Below, piece by piece: positions 35,786 through 47,675 of a stretch of 64,000 nt of DNA. The stretch lies in the NCBI RefSeq assembly GCF_018350175.1, contig NC_058368.1, positions 96,350,001-96,414,000 on the forward strand, in the 5' to 3' direction. Origin of the DNA: Felis catus (lineage: Eukaryota). The notes under the pieces were generated by a model. The model was not told the origin of the DNA. It made no database searches and saw only the letters and a list, made by a program, of their open reading frames with translations. The stretch's first letter is position 1. Every line of letters begins with the position of its first letter. The position numbers and the translations under genes were made by a program.

Positions 35786-37931
35786 CATTGATTCTGGAAC
35801 ATTAGGACCTCAAGACCCTTTTCATATTCAAAAAACTATTAAGAAACCCAAAAGTTTTTGTGTATGTGAGTCATATTGTTTATGTAGGTTATATTGTTTA
35901 TATGTTGATGTGGGTCATCTCTTGATATCTACCATATTAGAAATCAAAACAGAAAAAAAATGTTAACTGCAAATTAATTTTAAACTGAAAATTCACTGCA
36001 TATTAACACAAATAATTTTCTCATGAAAAATAAGTTTTGGTTTCCAAAAAAAAGTGTTAATGATAAGAGTGGCACTTGTTTGCACTGTGCAAAGCTCTTT
36101 GATGTACAGACACCTGGATTAATGGAAGATAGTTGGATTCTCATCAGTACTGCTGTATTCAATCTGGTGATACGTTTAAATATTTGAAGAAAACCCAGCC
36201 TTGAACACATCCTGTATTGGCAAAGGGGTATTCTAATAGTCTTTTCACCTAATTGTGGATATTCTTTTTTAATTCTACAACTAAATCCAACTCAATGAGA
36301 ACTTGTTAAAAGTAAGTAGTAATGTGAAAGCCTATTAATGAATTTGTACTCTTTTTATACTCAAGTTTACCTTGCAATATGGATAGGTCTTCCCTCATGC
36401 ATGATTTTGTAACATCTTTTGGAAAATATTGAATAAGTTATGCAGATATTCCATATGGTGACACATTTCACTATGCAACATCAAAAATTATTCATTCATA
36501 TCACCACTGATCTTATGAGAAATACCAGGGAAGGTAGCCAATACAAGTTATTCACATGTTTCAGTTTTCTACTATTGTCATTTACTACTAGCTTCTGATC
36601 TCACAGTGTGTTTTCAGAAATCCAGAGACACCCAGCTAGTTTTTCTACTCTGAGTCTTCCAAGGGTACAGTCAAGGTACTGGCCAGCCTGCTCTCTTAGG
36701 TCAACAGCGCCAGCTGAGCTCCCAAGAGCCTTCATCCAGTAATGTGAGGGAACCACACTGGATGTTTAGCTCAGTTGATCATTTAGAGATATCTGTGGCT
36801 TAAGCCAGTTTTTGACTGCTTCCATATGGGAAACATTAATTGAGATTAGTAAGGCTATGGGGAGAATCTGCTTGTAGGATCATTCAGGATGTTGGCAAAA
36901 TTTGGTTCTATGTGGCAGTCTGTGGTCCCTGGTTCTTTATACGCTGTCAGCCAGGAAGGCTCTCAGCTCCCTAAGGACACCCTCAGTGCTGGCCATGGTA
37001 CTCTCTCCATCTTCAAACATGCGATAGCATGTTGCATACTCACACTTTAAAGCTCTCTGATCCCCTCTTATGCTTCAGCTCTTTTGCCTTCAGGTATCGA
37101 AAGTTCCCTGCTTCAGAAGCTTATGTGATTAGACTAGCCCTTCAGGAAAATCCAGGATAATCTCCCTATTTTAAGGTTGGCAGCCTTAATTATATTTTGC
37201 AAAGTTCCTTTTGTCATTTAACCTGAAATATCCATGGAGTTTAAGGCATGGGCCTTGCGGAGCCAAGGGGTATTATTTGGCCTACCACACCAAATTTCTA
37301 ATTTTTCCTTGAATATTCTTACTTTGCTCCCAGAAACAAAGACAATCACTGGTGTGTTTTTTTTTTTTTTCTCTTGAAATGACAGGCTCACTTTGTCCAT
37401 ATTCAAGAAAGTATCTATCTGATATCCAAGTTGAAATCATCATTGTGTCCCTGTCGGTTGTACTTTTAAGTAAAAACAGTGATCCATGGAGGGGGGAAAA
37501 AACAGGTAGTTTAGCTCACAACTCAAAAAACACCCAAATGGTTTTCCTTAACATAAATATCATAATGTATTATATAGTACTTTATGCATACTTTCCATTT
37601 TGTCACAAATAATAAATAGATGCACACACAAGGATTTTAATATATAAAATACCAGTTTTTGTTACTTCATCAAGGACATTCTTAAATGACATTGGCAGTT
37701 TTTAAATCCAAGTGCATGCCAACAAAGCATACCATGACTCCCATTATGATTGGGTGTCAATGCTTTAATTCATGCTAATGAATCAGCAGTCTTGGCCAAC
37801 ATTGCTTGTGCACCATTTATACAAACATCAAAAAATATCTTAAAATTATATAAAAATGGCTTTGACCTTCCAGATGGCCTAAAAGGATCTCAGGAACTCC
37901 CAGGTCTGCAAAATGTACTTTGATAACCACT
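35786..37931. mobile_element. Charlie1a-like hAT DNA transposon fossil, split by an MLT1 LTR
   Basis: Degenerate termini (cattgattctggaac ... ctttgataaccact); internal Charlie1-like motifs; about 1.4 kb after removing the LTR; transposase-like antisense peptide (MNMDKVSLSFQEK). Confidence 0.75.
36557..37289 (-). mobile_element. MaLR solo LTR (MLT1E-like) carrying a 148-bp foreign insert
   Basis: tgtttcagttttcta start; atcattcaggatgttggcaaaat and atccaggataatctccctattttaagg motifs; ends cctaccaca. Confidence 0.8.
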
Positions 37932-38184
37932 AAACTCCAAAAAAAAAAAAAAAAAAAAAAAAAAACCATTTGTTTTTTTTGTTGTTGTTGTTTTTTTGTT
38001 TGTTGGTTTGTTTTGAGAAACCATATGTTTGGCTATGGTGAAAATTAACCCTGAAATCTAAATAATTTACTATATTAAAGGCTATTTATCACTGATAAAA
38101 GTCCACTCCTGGTATGGTGATTCACCTGGAGAGCTCTTCTCCATGTAATAATGATGTCTTCTTGAACTGTCTTTCAATTATCTA

Positions 38185-38477
38185 TTGTATTGTTGTACTG
38201 TCTCATATCTTTGTGGACTAGCTGGGCTCTGTTGGAGGGTTCTCAGTTAATGTTTCCCATACAAAAGCAGTCAGAACCTGGCTTGAGTTGAAGTTATCTC
38301 TAAGCAATCAACAGAACTAGACATCCAACATGGCTCACTCATATCACTGAATGAAGGCTTTTGGGAGCTCAGCTGGGGGCTGCTGACCTGAGGACTTCCA
38401 AGTAGCTTTCTTTTCTGGGTAAGCTTCTCACAACATTGAGTTTGGAGATCCCCAGAGGGGTGTCCCAGGAATAAATG

Positions 38478-38520
<43 letters not shown>

Positions 38521-38915
38521 TTTTCAACGTTTATTTATTTTTGGGACAGAGAGAGGCAGAGCATGAACGGGGGAGGGGCAGAGAGAGAGGGAGACACAGA
38601 ATAGGAAGCAGGCTCCAGGCTCTGAGCCATCAGCCCAGAGCCCGATGCGGGGCTCGAACTCACGGACCGCGAGATCGTGACCTGGCTGAAGTCGGACGCT
38701 TAACCGACTGCGCCACCCAGGCACCCCAGCCAGGAATAAATGTTTTAAGAGACAGTAAGAAAAATTTGCCTGCCCCTTGAAGACTGGATATAAAGACCGA
38801 TATTACATTATTTCCACCATAGTATGTTGGTCAAAGCAGTTGCTTGAATCTGACCTGAGTCAAGGGGTAAGGGATATAATCAGGATATTTGTGGTCCTCT
38901 TTAACCTATTACTGC
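38185..38915 (-). mobile_element. MaLR solo LTR (MLT1H/I/J-like), interrupted by a SINE
   Basis: gacatccaacatggctcactca...gggagctcagctgggg; ttggtcaaagcagt...tcaagggg...tctttaacctattac. Confidence 0.7.
38482..38727 (-). mobile_element. Young felid Can-SINE
   Basis: CpG-rich body, long poly(T); perfect TSD ccaggaataaatgtttt at 38465-38481 and 38730-38746. Confidence 0.97.
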
Positions 38916-39566
38916 TTGAATGAATCCTGAGTAAAAGTAATGTCCACCACACTGTCCTGTGGATACTCACTTGAATATAGTCGCTTTGGCATTGTTGCTG
39001 ATTACCCTACTGCTAAACTTGTCTATCAGAGCATCCAAATTACATGTTTTTGAAGTTAATGGTCCCTGGCATATTCCACTATCATGAACCTTAGAAACTT
39101 CCTTGTCTAAAACGCAGGCCTCTTCTTCATGACCTGTTCTTTCAGCACCTTATCTTCCTGCTTCCAGGATATTAGGATACTACTATGCCAGAAGGGGCAT
39201 TTCAGTCCATGAGCCCCTCCCCAAATTGTTTGATTACATTTACACCCGAAATCTAAGTAACTTAAAATATTGATATATTAGTTGACACATTTTAGACCTT
39301 GTGCGATAAGGTTCTTTCTTTAATGAGCTATAATTGTGGGGGGCAATACATTGGGAAAAACAGAAAAATTCCCACTCTGCTGGAATCTTACCCTCCAAAT
39401 CTTACCTGATATTTCTGTTACACCTACCCTTCTAATTTGACCTGGGGATTTGGGCAAATCCAAGGGGACTCCTGTCCAATCATTCGCATTTCTGTTTTTC
39501 TTTGGCTTTACCACTCAGTTCCAGAAGGTCTTTCTACTTCCCTCTTGTCTTAAAAGAATAGCCCCT

Positions 39567-39783
39567 GGGGCGCCTGGGTGGCGCAGTCGGCTGAGCGTCC
39601 GACTTCGGCTCAGGTCATGATCTCACAGTCCGTGAGTTCGAGCCCCGCGTCGTGCTCTGGGCTGATGGCTCAGAGCCTGGAGCCTGTTTCCGATTCTGTG
39701 TCTCCCTCTCTCTCTGCCCCTCCCCCGTTCATGCTCTGTCTCTCTCTGTCCCAAAAATAAATAAACGTTGAAAAAAAAAAAAA
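39567..39783 (+). mobile_element. Young felid Can-SINE
   Basis: Intact A box (TGGCGCAGTCGG) and B box (GTTCGAGCC); TSD aaaagaatagcccct / aaaagaatagctcct. Confidence 0.97.
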
Positions 39784-39976
39784 AAAAGAATAGCTCCTAA
39801 GTCCGTCCTTTCTGCTATTACTAATAGTAAAAAACAATCCAGTTTCACCACAACTAGTACTCTGTAGATGAAAGGAAATATTTATAATTTAGAAGGGGAA
39901 AAAAATCTTTCTCAACAAAGTCTGGGTTTCAAGAATATTTTCTCACTATGATACGCTTCACTAATGCCCTATTTGT

Positions 39977-40238
39977 TCTAGTTGGCAAACTACAGTGTGC
40001 AAGCCAAATCCCGTGTGTGCACCAAATTCAATCAGTTTTTGAATGGTCCAGGAGCTAAGAATAGATTTTATATTTTAAGAATACTGTTAGAGAATACACA
40101 CAAACAAATGATCGAAGAAACAAACACCCTCGCAAACAAAAACCAACAAAGATGAATCTGAGACAGACATGTTACCTGACTCACAAAGCTTAAAATATCT
40201 ATTATGGTGTTTTACTGAAAAATGTTTGCCAACTCTTG
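39977..40238 (+). mobile_element. MER58 (MER58C-like) hAT MITE
   Basis: gttggcaaactacag...gagctaagaatagattttatattt...cacaaagcttaaaatat...gtttgccaactcttg. Confidence 0.72.
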
Positions 40239-40580
40239 CTCTGTATGGCATCTTCTCTCCTCCAGAAGTGATGAATGCCTTTGCTCAAATGCTTAGGGAG
40301 ACACAACGAAGCTTGGTACTTCAATTTAACTAAAGCCATTTAACTTTTTCTCTTAAAAAAAATCCCCATTTCCTGCATAAGATCTATTTCAATATCTCAC
40401 ATATATTGAGTGTTCAGTAAATGCTTATTTCATTTCCAGCCCTCTTACCCTCAATGAAGGTGATCAGGAGGGAATGTTTGTGATTTAACTAAGCAAAGAG
40501 ATTAAAGCGCTTATGTTTTAGAAGCTTAGAGTATAGTTAATGGTATAAATGGAACTGAACTGTTTAAAAGAACATGGTCA

Positions 40581-40782
40581 GGGGCACCTGGGTGTCTTGG
40601 TCGGTTAAGCGTCCGACTTCGGCTCAGGTCATGATCTCACGGTCCGTGAGTTCGAGCCCTGCGTCAGGCTCTGTGGTGACAGCTCAGAGCCTGGAGCCTG
40701 TTTCAGATTCTGTGTCTCCCTCTCTCTCTGCCCCTCCCCTGTTCATGCTCTCTCTCTCTCTCTGTCTCAAAAATAAGTAAAC

Positions 40783-40834
<52 letters not shown>
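40581..40834 (+). mobile_element. Can-SINE with (TAAA)n tail
   Basis: Full body; perfect TSD aaaagaacatggtca. Confidence 0.97.
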
Positions 40835-40835
<1 letters not shown>

Positions 40836-41257
40836 AAGAACATGGTCAGTTTGCTTAGAAACAAGTTGAGCTTGATATACCCTTCTAGTGACCTCTAAGG
40901 GAATCATTTAAAAAAATATATGTATGCAATTTGTACAAGAGTCAAATCATTAGAAGGGAAATCAGAAAGGAGAAAGTGAGAATACCAGAGACCAAGAGCA
41001 CTTTAAGAGTCAGAAAAAAAAAGGCCAGTCAGAGAGAGAACATATAGAAACAAGTACAAGTCTTTCTGGATGCCAAGGAAATAATAAAGAAAGTGACACC
41101 AAAAGAATATAAGCAGTTCCCCCAAGACACTTCAGCTAAATATTTGCAGAATCAATGTTCCAAATGTCAAAACTTATGCCTTCCCACTACTAAATGCTGA
41201 CATGCCTTTCCCCAAAACCAACTTGTGTTAGTTTCCTATTTCTGCCTTAACAAAGTA

Positions 41258-41520
41258 AACCTGACCCTTAAACATCACAGGTTTGAACTACGTAGGTTCA
41301 TTTATTCATGTTCCCCTCCCCCCCATCCCCCCCCCCCCCCCCCAGTAAATATACTGGAAACATTTTTGGAGATTTGTGACAATTTGAAAAACACTGGCAG
41401 ACAAATCATGCAGCCCAAAAGAATAAAAAAAAAATGAAAGAGAAGTCTTGAATGCATAAAGTATATGTAGATACTACTCTATTTATCATTGACTACCATG
41501 AAATATGCTAAAAATCTGCT
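41258..41520. mobile_element. Tigger2-like (TcMar-Tigger) terminal fragment
   Basis: Follows TA; tgacccttaaacatcacaggtttgaact...tttggagatttgtgacaatttgaaaaa...gaatgcataaagtatatgtagatact. Confidence 0.75.
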
Positions 41521-41529
41521 TATTCAATT

Positions 41530-42240
41530 TGATATTCTTGTTTTTCTTCCTCTATCTTTATCCCCATACCTGAATTAAAATAACTGTTCACTCTTTCTCT
41601 TTTCTTATTCCCTTTTTCTTCACATGTAGCAGCTGAATCTATTTGGATATTCAGCCAGTGTATCATATTTTTAAGTACTCGTCCATTTATTTCAACATTT
41701 ACAGCGTCCCTTACAAAGGATTTATCCACATATGCAGACTGCTTATGAGCTATCTGGTCTAAAACAGACCTTTCAGCTTTTCTGTCTTACTCGCTCTTCA
41801 TCATTCTTTCAAATGTGTGTAAGAACCCAAAAGCGTCCTTTTCTCTGTTTCCTGTATATATAGCTACCTCTCCCAGCATCTTCCTCCTGATCTACAAGTG
41901 ACCCATAAATATGGAAACCCTGCTTCCTTTTGCTACTTCCCTGTTCAAAAGTCTGTAAAGAGGCTTCACTTATCAAAGGTATCCAAAACCAATCCTTTAA
42001 GTCCAAGTTTACACTCCATTATCAGGACCCACTTTGCCTATGAATTGAGCTCCATGACTCTGAGGGTGTCTCCTTCTACTGCTGGCAATCCGTCTTTAAC
42101 CTTCTGATCACAACATGCTCATTCCAAACCGAAGGCATTTGTTCCTACATCCACCCTTTCCTGAACTAGCTTCTCTCCTTCTGTGTCTTTACCACAGTCA
42201 TTTTTATACCTTATGCTCAGGGTTCCTTCAATGCACTGTC
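41530..42240 (+). mobile_element. L2 fragment (ancient)
   Basis: Pyrimidine-rich L2-like sequence (acatgctcattcc...ggcatttgttc...tttcctgaac). Confidence 0.4.
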
Positions 42241-42433
42241 ATTTTCAGGTAGCGAACTATAAGACACCACTAGTCAGGAAACAAAGAAACCATACATCTT
42301 CGAACAACTTGTCAGTGGTCAGTGGATAAGAACAGGGAAGGAGAGAAAGACAATATGTTACCTGTATACAATGAATAAACATCACAACCCAATGTTAGAA
42401 AATTGAAAAATATTAGAATCAATAAATATGGTA

Positions 42434-42645
42434 TTTGAAAAAATGTTTATTTATTTTGAAAGAGAAGTAGCATGTGCAAAAGTGGGGAAGAGACAGAGAA
42501 GGGGGCGGGGAGAGAGAATCCCAAGCAGGTTCTGCACTGTCAGCCCAGAGCCTGACATGGAGCACAGTTGCACAAACCTTGAGATCATGACCTGCACCAA
42601 AATCAAGGGTTGAACGCTTAGCCAAATGAGCCACCCAGGTGTCCC
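42434..42645 (-). mobile_element. Older Can-SINE
   Basis: TSD taaatatggtat on both sides. Confidence 0.92.
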
Positions 42646-43562
42646 GGTAAATATGGTATGCTATTTCCAGTGTTTAGTCCTCTTATCATTAAGCACATAT
42701 AAGCTTAGGTATAGAAACAATGTATTTGACTTTTCCAAAGTAAGCCATGCCTTTTTACCCCTATGCTTAATGTGTACTTTCCCACATGTTGGGCACATAG
42801 TAACTGCCAATATATGGAAACTAAGTAACTAAGATGGTCAACTTAGTTGGATAGAACTGAATGTTCTATTGAGAGTTTTAAAGTTTTAGCACTTCATGGT
42901 AGAACAATTTTTAAAAATAAAGCAAAATTCATACTTCAGCCAAATTACAGCCAAACTGTGTTTATGTCCAAAAACAGTTTTTACTGATGAGTCAACATCC
43001 CGCCGAAGTGAATTTATATCCTCAAGTGCTTTTTACCGACGAGACTGTTAAAAATTGTAATGAGATTGTGCCACCTTAGTCAAACAAGACAGTAATAAAT
43101 GTAGAGAAACCAAGTTGAATTTAAAAAGCCAATGCCCACTTTAATAAACTGAAAACCAAGAGAGCCAGCAAAAGCATCCACTCCAAGAATGAAATTAAAA
43201 TGTACCGAACAAGTGAGCCATTCAATCTTCTTTATGGTTCTGTGGCCCAGTTCTACCGACGGATGTCATGCTTCCTCAATCACTACCTCATCTGCTAAAG
43301 TCTCACAATCTGATGATTTGACCTTACTTCCAATCCTAAGGTGTTAGACAACTGATTATCTTCCTGACGTCTACTCTTAAAGCAAAGTCATAAATTGCAT
43401 TCTACCTTCAAGCGAAGCATGCAAGGCAACAAGAGGTTCTCCCGGGGAACGTTCCTCATGGTTGTCCCGTTACTTCTCCCAAGCGTCAACAAGGGTAGCC
43501 TTTCAAAGGCATTTGAGAGCCTGACCTGGAATAATGCAGTCTGTCTCCAAGAAAATCATCTT

Positions 43563-43771
43563 TTTTTTTTTTTACATTTATTTTTGAGACAGAGAGAGAC
43601 AGAGCATGAACGGGGGAGGGTCAGAGAGAGAGGGAGACCCAGAATCCGAAGCAGGCTCCAGGCTCTGAACTGTCAGCACAGAGCCCGATGTGGGGCTTGA
43701 ACTCACGGACTGTGAGATCATGACCTGAGCTGAAGTCGGACGCTTAACCGACTGAGCCACCCAGGCACCCC
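43563..43771 (-). mobile_element. Can-SINE
   Basis: Full body; TSD caagaaaatcatctt. Confidence 0.96.
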
Positions 43772-44069
43772 AAGAAAATCATCTTCTATCTCAACGTGTA
43801 AGCAGAATAAAGATAAAAGTGCCACAGTGACCCATGTTGCACAGTGTTGGTGAGTCAATGACAAGGTAATGTGACATGGCTGGAAGCAACAAAAGATTCC
43901 TCACTCTAAAATTTAAAACAAAACAGAGGGGAAAAAAAAAAAAAAACAAAAGGGAGTTGTAATTGCTCTGCTGGTGTTAAGAGGTTGCATATGAAAGCAC
44001 AAAAGGGAGAGGCTCCAGCAAGCACATCAGCTTTCGAAGGATGATACTTCTAAAATGCTTCATAGCTCA

Positions 44070-44283
44070 GGGGCTCCTGGGTGGCTCAGTCAGTTGAGTG
44101 TCCGACTTCAACTCAGGCCATGATCTCATGGTTTGTGAGTTCAAGTCCCACATCAGGCTCTGTGCTGACAGCTCAAAGCCTGGAGCCTGCTTTGGATTCT
44201 GTGTCTCCCTCACTCTCTGCCCCTCCCCTGCTTGCTTTCTCTCACTCTCTCTCTCCCAAAAATAAATAAACATAGAGAAAATT
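44070..44283 (+). mobile_element. Can-SINE
   Basis: GGGGCTCCTGGGTGGCTCAG head, AATAAATAAACAT tail. Confidence 0.95.
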
Positions 44284-45939
44284 AAAATGTTTCACACCAC
44301 AAAAAATTACCGAGCACATGCATGGATTCTGTGCCAGACAATTAAAACAGGAGCTCATATAAGCATTGTGTGAACGTCACTTTTCTTGTAGGAATATATT
44401 GTATATTATAAACCACACTATTTGAGAGGTACTAAAAGAAAAAAAGACTTAAAATGTTTCCAGGCTAAATGCTTTTTGTTTTTAATTGTAAAACACAGCA
44501 AATTCTTGTGTTGATAAAGCACTCGCTTCTTTGCAAATACTTTCATTTTCTACCTACTCACTGGAAACATCCCTTTGGGAGATGCCTCAGTTTCAAAACT
44601 GGTAGCCACATTGTTGTGTAGACATTTTCTCTACAGCACCTTCCTACCACTCTCTTTTAATTCCTCCCCAAACTAAGGAGCCTCACAATTCAAAAGGTCT
44701 TAAACAAAGGAAGTTAAAGAAAGACGGTCCTTGAGGCTAAGTGTATCAACCTGCTTGCTTTTTTTAAACACAGAAATTAGTATGTTTTGAGACGTTGCAA
44801 AAATCAGCAACCAGCTTACTGTACGTTAAGTGGGTGTAAAATACTATATCTGTGTGAGTAGTTTTTAGTATTTCTTCAGCAAGCCTCTTACATATCCTTC
44901 ACAAAAACTGAACATTCATAGAGAACGTGAGGTTTGACAGTGATCACCGGAACAGGTAGGAAAGAGAAAAGCTAGCATCTAGGAATCACCTCCAACAAAC
45001 CCTGCACAGGGTTAATATACTCCAAAAGCATTGAGCCAGATGCCTCCACTGTACAAGAACTGTGATAGTTTAGAAGTGATTGCCCATTTAATCTGAGGCC
45101 ATCCAAGTTACGGCACCATATAAGAACCATGATATTACATTTTCCATTTCTGTATTTTCTGCTAAGAGAAACCATCTAGCCTCCTTGGCTCAGCCAGGCG
45201 CCCACAGTGCCTGGTTTGCCTGACCCTATGTATGTGAACTGGGGTAAAATCAAAGACAAGGGAGCGTGAAAAAGAGGATTTAAAAGGTGAGAAAGTGTTG
45301 ATACATTAATTCAAGGAATAAAAATGTAGCTAGAAGGCTTGCCTAGCTGTCTCTAACTCTCAAGGAAAGTTAAAAGAGAGGGGAAAAAAAGATGGCTTTA
45401 ACAGCTACACTTCAAAGACACAGCTAGTTTTAGACCTTAAAGCCTTGGTGGACTTTTTTCATTCCTTTTGTTGTCTATTGGTTACTAGACATTGACAAAG
45501 AAAACAAACGAAAAACTCAAAACCATGTTCATTCTTATTCAGTTACTATTTGAGAAGTAGATTGTAGATCATTTGATTTTAGACCCTGCGAAAGAAAGAT
45601 AGCTATGACCAAAAAAAAAAAAAAAAAAAAAAGCAGGAGTTTTCTACAGAAGGAGCAATTCTTGTTCATGGTTTGTAAGTAGACAACAAGGAGAACTACG
45701 AAGTATACCAAGAAGCCACCCCTAAACCCCTAAGTTATTCTGGAGGGCTGTTTTCAGGACAACCCCTCTCTGTAAATCCAGACGTATCTCAATACAGCTT
45801 TAAAAGGGGGAGCAGTTGTGAGATCACAAGAAGAAAGGCGGGGGCGGGGAAGAACACCAGAAGTATCACAAGGAGCTGGAACCTGCCCACCATTCTCCTG
45901 GAAATAGACCACCTCTCCTAAGGGACTGCCATCTAAGTG

Positions 45940-46095
45940 AAAACCAAACTCTATCAGAAACAGATTTTTAAGATTCTGATTGCAAGACCTCCACCTGCCA
46001 ACTGATAATCCTACCCTCTGGGGAAGAGACTCTGTAATCTCTACCTTTTAAAGGACTCCCAAGTGATCTTGGTAACCAGCTGGTTTAGACCCTAT
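45940..46095. mobile_element. MER5-like hAT MITE fragment
   Basis: agattctgatt...aatctctaccttttaaaggactcccaagtgatctt pattern. Confidence 0.45.
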
Positions 46096-46184
46096 TATTT
46101 TATACATACTTAATTCTTAATTGCTTAGATTTGTTTGAATTTATTGCAAGCACCTGAGAAGGATTGACTTGATTCACAGGATTT

Positions 46185-47550
46185 TTTTTTTTAAGTATTT
46201 GGTAGAATTCAACAGTGAAGCCATCTGATCCTGGGTTTTTCTTCGATGGAAAGTTTTTGAATAGTGATTCAATCTCTATACCGTACCAACTATGGATCTG
46301 TTCAGGTATTCCCTTTCCTTATGATTTACTTTGGAAACATTGTGTACTTCTAGGACTTGTACTTATCCACTTGTTCTGGACTATCCAGTTAGCCTATAGT
46401 CTCTTAAAATCCTTCTCATTTCTGTGTTATCATTTGTAATGTTCCTTCATTTCTGATTTTAGTCTTCTCTTGCTCTCAGTTTGGCTAAGGGTTGATTAAT
46501 TTTATCTTTTTTTAAAAAAAAAAAAACTCAGTTTTATTGATTTTTTCCCATTGTTTTCCTATTTTCTATTTCATTTATTTTTGCTTTTACTTTTGTTATT
46601 TTCTTCCTTCCACTAAGTTTGGCCTTGGCTTGTTATTCTTTTTCCAGCTCATTCAAGTAAGCGTAAAGTTAGATATTTTATTTGAAACCTTTCTTCTCCT
46701 TTAGTGTACTTGCTCATCACTGTGAATGTCCTTCTGTATACTGATTATGCTGCATCCTTTAAGTGATAGTACTTTTATTCATTTTCATTTGTCTTGAGGT
46801 ATTCTGAAATTTCTATAAATTGTTTTCTTTTACCAAATAATTGCTCAAAAGTATGTTGTTTCATTTCCACATTTTTGTGAATCTTCAAGATTTCCTTCTG
46901 CTCTTGATTTGTTATTTTATCCCACTGTGGTCCAAAAAGATAGAAAATATAACTTTAACCTTAAATTCATTGAGATTTGTTCTGTGAAGTAACATGTGAT
47001 TTTCCCCAGAGAAGGAATCAGGTACACTTGAGAAAAATGTATATTCTGCTGTTTCAGGTTGAAATGTTCTTTATATGCCTTTAGTTTCCTTTTTGTTATC
47101 TCACTCTATGGGGAGCCATGAGGGAAAGTTATGGCATCTTCCAGCCCAAGCTATTGTCTGTGTTCTCCCACAAGATGCTAGATTGCAGCGGACCCATCTG
47201 AGCTCCAAGACTTGCAGAACTGAGATAAATCCTCTGGGGAACCCCCTTAGAAAGTTGGGGAGCTAGACATGCAAAGCAACACTGTCCCTCCTCTGGGAGA
47301 AGCTAGGAGCTTCGAGGTCTCTTTCTGATCCTATGGCATTAACTCAGGTAAGGGAATGGTGAGAGAGTGTGCCATATCTCCTTACCAGCTTCAGTGAGTC
47401 TGGTTTTCTGTTTTTCCAGAGGGCAAGAGCCTTTCATTTAGTTTGTGAATTTCTCAAAAGGATTTTATCTGTAAATTGTTGTTCAATTAGTGTGTTTGTG
47501 GGAGTAAGGATGGCCTGGGGCTTTCTACTTTGCCATTCTTGGGATGTCAC
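46185..47550 (-). mobile_element. Old LINE-1: ORF2 5' fragment joined to a 5'-UTR-like segment
   Basis: Antisense ORF2 (ggtagaattcaacagtgaagccatctgatcctggg ... cttgagaaaaatgtatattctgctg), then L1M3/M4-like 5' terminus (tttctactttgccattcttgggatgtcac). Confidence 0.65.
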
Positions 47551-47675
47551 TGAGTCTAATTAACTGTTATATATTTAAATGCAAACAACTGTGAGTTGAG
47601 ATCTATGTTTATGAGACACAGTTCCTGAAGGCTTTCTGAGGGTTTTTATTTCCTTCTCAATAAGGAAGAGGTAGG

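Noticed and set aside
39400..39460. Possible 36-bp minus-strand microexon (GQIRRVGVTEISG)
   Set aside because: Weak acceptor tract, unrecognised peptide, no supporting neighbours.
39567..39660. tRNA-like A/B boxes
   Set aside because: These are the tRNA-derived heads of Can-SINEs followed by CT tract, tail and TSD; not tRNA genes.
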